DNA from: Thermoanaerobaculia bacterium
GTDB lineage: Bacteria; Acidobacteriota; Thermoanaerobaculia; Multivoradales; UBA5704
Length of the DNA: 52,477 bases
NCBI GenBank assembly: GCA_044226625.1
Contig: JBGAGQ010000044.1
Location: 1 to 52,477, forward strand
Direction of reading: 5' to 3'
Below the pieces are notes generated by a model. It saw only the letters and a program-made list of their open reading frames with translations. It did no database searches and had not been told where the DNA came from. A program made the position numbers and the translations under genes. Each line of letters starts with the position of its first letter. Position 1 is the first letter of the stretch. Of the stretch, positions 20,316-30,183 are shown piece after piece.

Positions 20316-21542
20316 ATGTCGAAACTCAAGATCGCCTTCGTCGCGCTCGCGACCGGCATCGCCGGATCGGCGGCCTTCGCCGCGGCGCCACCCAAGGCCG
20401 GCCCACCGTTTTCGCTGAGCACATGTTCCGATTGTCAACAGAGGGATCCGAAGGTCGCGGTCGCCCCCTCGGGAGATTTCTTCGCCGCTTGGCAAGGTGA
20501 AGGCAACGCCGGATTGGACGGCGTTCCGGGCCGCAGCTTCCGCGCCAACGGCACGGCGCTCGGATCGGATTTCGCGTTCGGTGGAAGCGACACGTCCGAC
20601 TCCAAGCAGGTCGATCTCGCCGCGTCGCGCAACGACGTCGTCGCCGTCTGGTCGGAGAACGACCGGATCTACGCGCAGCGGGTCCAATTCGATGGCGTGC
20701 GGCTCGGCGGCCGCATCGAGGTCTCGATCGACGACGCGAGCGGCCTCTCGGTTTTCCGTCACCTGAAACCGGCCGTCGCTCGCGCGGCCGATGGCTCGTT
20801 CGTCGTCGCTTGGGTCCGCTTCATCCTGGGCAGCGGCAGCGGCAATCCGGAGATCCTGGTCCGCCGCTTCAATCCTCAGGGGGTCGCTCTCACCGGCGCG
20901 GTGAAGATCAACTCCCGCCTCGCGAACGATTCCCGGCCGGACGTCTGCGTCGACTCCTCGAATCGGACGGTCGCGGTTTGGAGCAGCGTCGACACGTTCG
21001 AGCCGTTCCTTTCCAATCGCAAAGGAGTCTCGTTCCGCCGCCTGGGCCCCTCCCTCACGCCCCTCGAAACCGAACGGGTGCTCGCCCTGCCCCGCGCCAA
21101 CGAATCCACCGCGGCGGTTTCCTGCGGCAAAGGGGGGACGTTCGTGATCGTCTGGCAGACCGACCAGAGCCCGGCGCTCGATCGTGGCGACCTGTTCGCC
21201 CGCCGCTTCAGCCGGACCGGGCGGCCGCTCGGCACACAGGTGGTCAACCAGCATCGCGACGGCGTTCAGCGGCATCCGGCGATCGCGCATGACGCGACGG
21301 GCGGCTTTACCGTCGCGTGGGCAAGCGATGGAGATGGCAATGCGGACGACGATGCGGGAATCGTCGCCCGGCGCTTCTCGGCCTCCGGCGCGCCTCTCTC
21401 GGACGACTTCCTGGTGGCGGCCGGCGCCGATCGCCACCTCGGCCAGCCGTCGATCGGATTCGCGGCCAACGGTAGCTCGGTGATCGTCTGGCAGAACAGC
21501 CTCACGGGTGTCTTCGGCCAGCGTTATTCGACCGCGCCGTAA
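20316..21542 (+). CDS. Secreted repeat protein, paralog 2
   Basis: ATG 20316 after AAGGAG; signal peptide; shares NPEIL.RRF, RPD.CVDSS, KGVSFRR and SCG.GG.FVIVW with paralog 1. Confidence 0.75.
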   Translation: MSKLKIAFVALATGIAGSAAFAAAPPKAGPPFSLSTCSDCQQRDPKVAVAPSGDFFAAWQGEGNAGLDGVPGRSFRANGTALGSDFAFGGSDTSDSKQVDLAASRNDVVAVWSENDRIYAQRVQFDGVRLGGRIEVSIDDASGLSVFRHLKPAVARAADGSFVVAWVRFILGSGSGNPEILVRRFNPQGVALTGAVKINSRLANDSRPDVCVDSSNRTVAVWSSVDTFEPFLSNRKGVSFRRLGPSLTPLETERVLALPRANESTAAVSCGKGGTFVIVWQTDQSPALDRGDLFARRFSRTGRPLGTQVVNQHRDGVQRHPAIAHDATGGFTVAWASDGDGNADDDAGIVARRFSASGAPLSDDFLVAAGADRHLGQPSIGFAANGSSVIVWQNSLTGVFGQRYSTAP

Positions 21543-21580
21543 GAACGACCCGTCTCTCCACGATCAGCCCGCCCGCCCTC

Positions 21581-21615
21581 CGCACCCGGGCGAATTCGCC
21601 AAACGCCCGGGTGCG
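21581..21615. terminator. GC-rich hairpin after paralog 2 (possible terminator)
   Basis: CGCACCCGGGCG ... CGCCCGGGTGCG inverted repeat; no clear U-tract. Confidence 0.4.
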
Positions 21616-21632
21616 CGCTAGACTCATCTTTC

Positions 21633-22379
21633 ATGCTTGGACGTTGTTTTCTCTTCGCCGGCCTCCTCGGGCTGCCCGCCGTTCCCTCGGTGGCTGAAAT
21701 CGTCGAAGGGGCGCCTGTCGTTCGGCTGCTCTCCCCCGCCTCGGGCGATCGGCTCGAGGCCGGGAAGCTCGCGCGGATCGAATGGTCGGCCTACGTCGCG
21801 TCGGAAGAGCCGTTCACCGAGTGGGAGGCGTTCATTTCGGTCGACGGCGGCCGCACGTTTCCGATCCGCCTCACTCCGCACCTCGACCTCCAGATCTACG
21901 GTTTCGCCTTCGAGACGCCGAACGCGCCCACGGACGACGCCCGGATCCTCCTGCGCTTCGGCGACGAGCGAAACGAACGGGTCGTGGAGATCCCGACTCG
22001 GTTCTCGATCGAGCCATCGCGCGGTGGCGACCCTTGGGCTCTGGAGACGGCCGGGGAGCTGCTGGTGCCCAACCTGGAGCCGGGCGAGGCAGCCCGCCCC
22101 GGCGACCGCGGCGTCGTCGTCTGGATGGAAGGAGACCGCGAAGGCCGCGGCCTCCGTCCTCGCATCCGCATGCCCCGCACCGCGACGTACGGCGAGGCGC
22201 GGGCGGCGAGGAGCGGATGGCTCCTGACCTTCGGAGGACCCGAAAACGGTCCGCCCCGCCTAGAGCCGCCCGGACAGGCGACGGCCGATCCGCCGACGGC
22301 TCCCAGCTTCCTCCCGGCATCCCACGTCCACCGGACCTCGGTGCCGGTGCGCTTGGCCATCCATCGCTTCAACGAATAG
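21633..22379 (+). CDS. Exported hypothetical protein upstream of the TonB-dependent receptor
   Basis: Signal peptide; Ig-like N-terminal part (EWEAFISVDGGRTFP); Pro-rich C-terminal tail. Confidence 0.7.
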   Translation: MLGRCFLFAGLLGLPAVPSVAEIVEGAPVVRLLSPASGDRLEAGKLARIEWSAYVASEEPFTEWEAFISVDGGRTFPIRLTPHLDLQIYGFAFETPNAPTDDARILLRFGDERNERVVEIPTRFSIEPSRGGDPWALETAGELLVPNLEPGEAARPGDRGVVVWMEGDREGRGLRPRIRMPRTATYGEARAARSGWLLTFGGPENGPPRLEPPGQATADPPTAPSFLPASHVHRTSVPVRLAIHRFNE

Positions 22380-22496
22380 ACCGAGACCTCGACCTCTCTC
22401 GGAGCCTCCCCCTAGCGTCCGCGTGCGCGCGGACAACCGAGAACGATTTGCGCCCGGCTCCCGCCGGGACGCCAACCCAGGTTTGAGGATTTCGCC

Positions 22497-24698
22497 ATGA
22501 CGCCGCATCTCCGCGGTTTGAGCCGTCTGTTTTCTCTCTTGACCCTCGTCCTTTCCACTTCGGCCGCTTCCGCTTTCGAGGGGCGTCTGCTCCTGCCCGA
22601 CGGAGGCGTCGCGGCGAATTACGAGGTTTCCCTGGTCGGACGGTCGAGCTCGGCGCTCACCCGTCCCGACGGCAGCTTTACGATCGCCCCCGACCCTGTC
22701 GTACCGTTCGAGCTGATCGCCGTCGGCCCGGGCGGCCAAGTCTCGCCGCCGATCCGGATCGAAAGTCTGCCCGCCTCCGGACCGCTCGAAGTGGCGCTCA
22801 CCGCGACCTTCCGCGAAACCGTCACCGTCGCAACCGGGGTCGCCGCGGAGATCGACGCGCCACCCGCCGCCGCCCTGCTCACGATCGGCCAGGAGAATCT
22901 CGAGCAACGCCGTCCCGAGCGTTTGGTCGACGCGCTCGATGGGGTGGCCGGCGTGGTCAAGTCGGACGAAAGTCTCGCCGGCGTCCCGTCGCTTCGCGGC
23001 CAGGCACGCGGCCGGACCCTGATCCTGCTCGACGGCGCGCGGGTCACCGCCGAACGCCGCGCCGGAGCCTCGGCGACCTTCCTCGATCCGTTCACGCTCG
23101 GCTCGATCGAGGTGGCCCGCGGAGCCGGAGCGGTCGCCTACGGGTCCGACGCTTTCGGCGGCGTGATCCACGCCCGGCCGCGCGATCCCCAGCCGGGACC
23201 GCTCGCGCTCCGGTTCGACCTGTCGCAGGGCTTCCTCGCCTCGGAGGAGACCGCGGGCGGACTGGAGCTCTCGAAAGGCCTGGGAGACGGCGCGTTCCTC
23301 GTGTCGCTCCACTCGCGCCGCGGCCGAGATGGCGAAGACGGCGATGGCCAACCGATCCCGCTCTGGCAGTATGACGGACAGGGCGCCGCCCTGCGCTATG
23401 CCGGCCCCACGTCTCTCGGCCGGCTGCGGGTCGGGTTCGCCTACGATGAGGCGACCGACGTCGGGAAACCCGCTTCCGACTCCGATCGGAACGTCACCAA
23501 CTATCCCCTGGAGACCTCTCGCCGGCTGAATGTCGGCCTCGACACCGGCGCCCGCGGCGGCTGGGAGAACTTCGATCTCTCCGCATCGATCTCCGACTAT
23601 CGCCTGGTTCTCGACCGCGATCGACTGGCGACCGCGACCACCACTCGGATCTTCGAGACATCGGACGTCTCCTCGTACGACGCCGCGCTACGCGGGGTGG
23701 GCTCGCGCGCCGCGCTGGGCGGGCGCATTCAGCTCGGGCTCGATCTCTCCTCCCGGCTGGGGCTCGAGGCGATCGCCCGCCAGCAGCTTCACGATCGCAA
23801 TGGACTTCCGACGACGGTGGTGCGGGCGCGCGCGATCGAGGACGCCGACCGAACCGACCTCGGCGCTTTCAGCACCTGGGATCGCGCGCTCGGGTCCCGG
23901 ACCTCCCTCTCGCTCGGAGTCCGCGGCGACTCGGTTCGAAGCGTCAATCGCGGCGGCTTCTTCGGCGATCGGAGCGAAACCGACGGTACGTTCTCGGGTC
24001 AGGCGGCACTCACCTTCGCCCCCGTCGCCGACGCGACGCTCACCTTTCAGGTGGCACGCGGCTTTCGCGTGCCGACGCTCTCCGACCGCTATTTCAGAGG
24101 TCCTTCGGGGCGCGGAACGGTGACCGGCAATCCGGATCTCGAGCCCGAGACCAGCCTACAGCTGGATTCCGCGTTCCGCTGGGCGCGCGGCGGCCGCTCG
24201 GTCGCGCTCTACGCCTATCGCTATCGCATCGACAATCTGATCGAGCGCATCCAGACCGGCCGGGACTTCTTCTTCCGTAACACTGGCGAGGCACGCGTCG
24301 AAGGCGTGGAGCTCGAAGGGCAGTTCCCGCTCGGACGGGGATTCGGCCTCGAGCTGCTCGCCGCCTGGAGTCGCGGCACGAACCTCGACAACGATCTGCC
24401 GGTCGACGACATCGCCACCCCGAACGCGGGCGCGACGCTTCGCTGGGCGGGCGCTCGCGCCTGGGCCTACGTGCGCGCGGCCGTTTATCAGGAAGACGAC
24501 CGACCGGGCCCGTCGGAGCAGGAGGTCGCGGCCTCCGAGCGACTCGACGCTGGTTTCGGCTGGCGGCTGACCGAGCGCTTCGAGTTGCGCCTGCTCGGGC
24601 GCAATCTGACCGACGAGCGCTATCTCGAGTCAGCAGACGCGGTCTCGGCGTACGCCCGAGGCAGAACCGCCTCGCTCGGTTTGGTCGGCCGGATCTAG
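22497..24698 (+). CDS. TonB-dependent outer-membrane receptor
   Basis: Signal peptide; plug motif LILLDG..IEVARGAGAVAYGSDAFGGVI; GNPDLEPETS; C-terminal NLTDERY...GRTASLGLVGRI. Confidence 0.92.
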   Translation: MTPHLRGLSRLFSLLTLVLSTSAASAFEGRLLLPDGGVAANYEVSLVGRSSSALTRPDGSFTIAPDPVVPFELIAVGPGGQVSPPIRIESLPASGPLEVALTATFRETVTVATGVAAEIDAPPAAALLTIGQENLEQRRPERLVDALDGVAGVVKSDESLAGVPSLRGQARGRTLILLDGARVTAERRAGASATFLDPFTLGSIEVARGAGAVAYGSDAFGGVIHARPRDPQPGPLALRFDLSQGFLASEETAGGLELSKGLGDGAFLVSLHSRRGRDGEDGDGQPIPLWQYDGQGAALRYAGPTSLGRLRVGFAYDEATDVGKPASDSDRNVTNYPLETSRRLNVGLDTGARGGWENFDLSASISDYRLVLDRDRLATATTTRIFETSDVSSYDAALRGVGSRAALGGRIQLGLDLSSRLGLEAIARQQLHDRNGLPTTVVRARAIEDADRTDLGAFSTWDRALGSRTSLSLGVRGDSVRSVNRGGFFGDRSETDGTFSGQAALTFAPVADATLTFQVARGFRVPTLSDRYFRGPSGRGTVTGNPDLEPETSLQLDSAFRWARGGRSVALYAYRYRIDNLIERIQTGRDFFFRNTGEARVEGVELEGQFPLGRGFGLELLAAWSRGTNLDNDLPVDDIATPNAGATLRWAGARAWAYVRAAVYQEDDRPGPSEQEVAASERLDAGFGWRLTERFELRLLGRNLTDERYLESADAVSAYARGRTASLGLVGRI

Positions 24699-24707
24699 CG
24701 ACGCGAA

Positions 24708-24736
24708 GGCGCCGCGGGAATCCCTCCCGCGGCGCC
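24708..24736. terminator. Hairpin between convergent genes (probable bidirectional terminator)
   Basis: GGCGCCGCGGGA-ATCCC-TCCCGCGGCGCC, 12-bp stem. Confidence 0.65.
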
Positions 24737-24744
24737 GGAAGCTC

Positions 24745-24912
24745 TCAACAGCCGAGCCAAGTGCAGTTGCAATCCGTGTCCTGGAAGCAGGCCACGGTGG
24801 TCATACAGCAGCTTTCGCTTCCCGTGGTGCCACCGACGGGGAGCTGTCCCTCCTCCAACGCGCGAACGGTCTCTTTGGCCAGCACCAACCGACGGATCGT
24901 CGTCTTCTTCAT
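24745..24912 (-). CDS. Putative RiPP precursor peptide (55 aa), absent from the ORF track
   Basis: Hand translation: MKKTTIRRLVLAKETVRALEEGQLPVGG-TTGSESCCMTTVACFQDTDCNCTWLGC*. GAGGAG Shine-Dalgarno; double-glycine; 6 Cys and 8 Ser/Thr in the core. Confidence 0.8.
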   Translation of the reverse strand: MKKTTIRRLVLAKETVRALEEGQLPVGGTTGSESCCMTTVACFQDTDCNCTWLGC

Positions 24913-25193
24913 GGGAAGCTCCTCTCGGCCCCGCTCGCGAGAATGCGGCAGGCTCCTACAAGGATGGGGTGCGCGCGCCGGTCGGCTCGTGACCTGACTT
25001 GGAAGGGGATCGGTGCTCCGCTGCGTGCCGGCCCTGCCTTCGAAACCGCAGGGCCGGCACTCACTTTGGAGGGAGGGGAGAGCGGCGACGGCGGCTCAGA
25101 CCGTCGCCCTGTTCTTGGATACGCGCCCACACGAAGAAGGTTGCATGTTGGTCGCCTCCCCCCACAGGAACCGGGAGGTAGAATCTTCGGGCG

Positions 25194-25850
25194 ATGCAAC
25201 CGCGCCTCGAAGCTCTTCCGGCCGCTCAACGACGTCTCTGGCCCGAGCTGGCGAACGTGCCTTCGCGCTTCACCCTCTATGGCGGAACAGCGCTCGCTCT
25301 TCGGCTGGCGCACCGCATCTCTGAAGACTTCGACTTCTTCTCGACCTCACCGTTCATCCCGGACGAGCTGCAACTCGAAATCGGCCCTCTTGGAGCGGGA
25401 GATCGCATTCAGGCCTCGGCCAATACCCTCCTCCTGGTGGTGGATCGCGGAGGGCCGGTCAAGCTTTCCTTCTTCGGTGGCCTCGGCCTTCGGCGTGTCG
25501 CGGATCCCGAACCAATCGATTCCTTTGGGTGGAAAATCGCATCGCTGCTCGATCTTGCGGCTACCCAAATGGGCGCGGTACAGGGGCGCGCCGAGGCCAA
25601 AGACTACCTGGACATCGCGCAAATCCTCGAACAAGGGATCGGCATCGAGACAGCACTCGCTGCAGCGGCTGGAGTGTACGGGCCGAGTTTCAACCCGATC
25701 CTGTCGCTCAAGGCCCTTTCGTTTTTCGACGACGGCGACCTACCGTCCCTTGCGGCCCCGGTCCGCGCTCGGCTCAGCTCGGCGGCTCGCTCCGTCAAAT
25801 TGAACCAACTGTCAGTAATTCATCCCCTTCCCGGGGGCCTCGACCGATGA
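25194..25850 (+). CDS. AbiEii/AbiGii-family nucleotidyltransferase (type IV TA toxin-like)
   Basis: LYGGTALALRLAHRISEDFDFF and KDYLD motifs. Confidence 0.85.
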   Translation: MQPRLEALPAAQRRLWPELANVPSRFTLYGGTALALRLAHRISEDFDFFSTSPFIPDELQLEIGPLGAGDRIQASANTLLLVVDRGGPVKLSFFGGLGLRRVADPEPIDSFGWKIASLLDLAATQMGAVQGRAEAKDYLDIAQILEQGIGIETALAAAAGVYGPSFNPILSLKALSFFDDGDLPSLAAPVRARLSSAARSVKLNQLSVIHPLPGGLDR

Positions 25851-26161
25851 GAACGCTCGAAGAAGTGGCCAAGAGGTTGATTTGGTGGAAAACGCCAAAC
25901 GAAGCCCTCGCGGATCCTCGTCGATTTCTTGCCCAGGTGATGGTATTCGGCAACGTCGAGGACGTTCTAGCCGCGCGGCGCCGTTTTCCCGAGGCCGAAT
26001 GGCGCGCGGTGCTCGCCGAGCCTCCGACAGGGCTGTTCGATCCTCGCTCGTGGGCGTACTGGCATCTGGTCTTCGGCTTGGAAAAGCCCACGGCGCCGCC
26101 CAGTAGAGCCGCACTCCTCGAGAGCTTGCCTGCTCACCCCGGATGGACCTCTCAGACCTGA
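25847..26161 (+). CDS. Small partner protein of the AbiEii-like gene (putative antitoxin, 104 aa)
   Basis: ATGA overlap with the upstream stop; LIWWK, LAQVMVFG, FDPRSWAYW. Confidence 0.7.
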   Translation: MRTLEEVAKRLIWWKTPNEALADPRRFLAQVMVFGNVEDVLAARRRFPEAEWRAVLAEPPTGLFDPRSWAYWHLVFGLEKPTAPPSRAALLESLPAHPGWTSQT

Positions 26162-26170
26162 ACCACTGAA

Positions 26171-26704
26171 ATGCAAAAGCTCATCGCCTTCCTCCGCGCG
26201 ATCAACGTCGGCGGGCACACGGTCAAGATGGATCGGCTGCGCGCTCTGTTCGAAGCGCTCGACTTCGGCCAAGTGGAGACGTTCATCGCAAGCGGCAACG
26301 TGATCTTCGAGGCGGCGGTCAAAGACGCCAGGAAGCTCGAGCAGCGCATCGAAGAGCACCTGAAAACCTCGCTCGGTTACTCGGTGTCGACGTTCCTTCG
26401 CACGCCTAGCGAGATCGCGCGGGTGGCGGAGTACCCAGCGTTCGGAAAGACCCCGGAGGGCTCGACCCTCTACGTCGGATTCCTCGGAACGCCCCCAAGC
26501 GAGCCGATTCGGGAACAGGTCGCGGCGTGCCGCACCGCAATCGACGAGCTCCACGTCCACGAACGCGAGGTCTACTGGCTCTGCCACAAGAAGTTCAGCG
26601 AGTCTCTCTTCTCCGGGGCCAAGCTCGAGAAGGCGCTCGGTATGCCGACCACGATCCGCAACGTTTCCACCATCCGGAATCTGGTGGCGAAATACCCCGC
26701 CTGA
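26171..26704 (+). CDS. DUF1697-family protein
   Basis: IAFLRAINVGG, VETFIASGNVIF, TIRN signature. Confidence 0.88.
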   Translation: MQKLIAFLRAINVGGHTVKMDRLRALFEALDFGQVETFIASGNVIFEAAVKDARKLEQRIEEHLKTSLGYSVSTFLRTPSEIARVAEYPAFGKTPEGSTLYVGFLGTPPSEPIREQVAACRTAIDELHVHEREVYWLCHKKFSESLFSGAKLEKALGMPTTIRNVSTIRNLVAKYPA

Positions 26705-26711
26705 ACGTCAA

Positions 26712-26738
26712 GAGGGCGGCCCTTTCCGGACCGCCCTC
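26712..26738. terminator. Hairpin between convergent genes
   Basis: GAGGGCGG...CCGCCCTC inverted repeat. Confidence 0.5.
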
Positions 26739-26763
26739 GGCACTCGGTCCTTATCCGTCCGCG

Positions 26764-29277
<2,514 letters not shown>

Positions 29278-29550
29278 ACGTTTCCTCCGGTAAGGAATGG
29301 CTCTCTACAGTGCGGCCTAAATTGTGTCGACAGCAAGCGTTGGGCCAGTTTAGCACGGGGGTCCGAACACCCGTTTTCGGGGCAGTCCGGACGCCGACCG
29401 AGCTTCGCGCGCCCCCCAGGAAGGACTTTCGAGCGTCTTCGCTGTCCTCTTCACAGGCCGTCACCTTCTCGAGCCGTGCGACGAGCGGACATGGAACGAG
29501 GAAGGAGGATCCCGGCGCAATCGCTACCCTTCGCGACACTGTTCGTACAG

Positions 29551-30183
29551 ATGGATCGAGCTCCCCACGCCATTTCACAACGGGCGTCCGAGCCGGCCCG
29601 CGCGAGGCCGACCGCCGCTCCCGGCGAGATCACGCATCTGCTCGAGGCCTGGCGAGGCGGCGAGGCCGATGCCCTCGACCGATTGGTCCCCCGGGTCTAC
29701 GACGAGCTCCGCAAGGTAGCCGACCGCTATCTACGCCGCGAGCGGGCGAACCATACGCTCCAGCCGACCGCCCTGGTCCATGAGGCCTACCTTCGCCTCT
29801 CCGGGCACGAACGCCCGGCATGGCGCGACCGGATCCATTTCTTTGCGGTCGCCGCGCAGGTCATGCGCCGCATCCTGGTAGACCACGCGCGGGCGCATCG
29901 GGCCGAGAAGCGAGGGGGCGCCCTGCAACTTCTGCCCCTTGAAGAGGATTCGGCGATCAACGACGGAAAGACCGTCGAGTTGCTCGCCCTGGACGAGGCT
30001 CTCGACCGCCTCGCCCGGATCGACGTCCGGAAAGCGCGCATCATCGAGCTGCACTACTTCGCCGGCCTGACCGTCGCCGAGACCTCCGAGGTCGTCGAGG
30101 TTTCGGTTTCGACCATCGTGCTCGAATCGCGTCTCGCCCGCGCCTGGCTGGTCGCGGAGCTGCGCGACGGCGCCCATGGCTGA
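29551..30183 (+). CDS. ECF sigma factor of the STK-associated (TIGR02999-like) type
   Basis: ITHLLEAW, VYDELR, TLQPTALVHEAYLRL, MRRILVDHAR, ARAWL; overlaps the kinase start; start approximate. Confidence 0.9.
   Translation: MDRAPHAISQRASEPARARPTAAPGEITHLLEAWRGGEADALDRLVPRVYDELRKVADRYLRRERANHTLQPTALVHEAYLRLSGHERPAWRDRIHFFAVAAQVMRRILVDHARAHRAEKRGGALQLLPLEEDSAINDGKTVELLALDEALDRLARIDVRKARIIELHYFAGLTVAETSEVVEVSVSTIVLESRLARAWLVAELRDGAHG

Noticed and set aside
22380-22496. Cobalamin or other riboswitch before the TBDR
   Set aside because: Spacer is short and I found no B12-box or other recognisable aptamer consensus; an Rfam scan would be decisive.
24913-26704. Mobile element or prophage around the AbiEii-like pair
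   Set aside because: No integrase, transposase, terminal repeats or att-like duplications seen.
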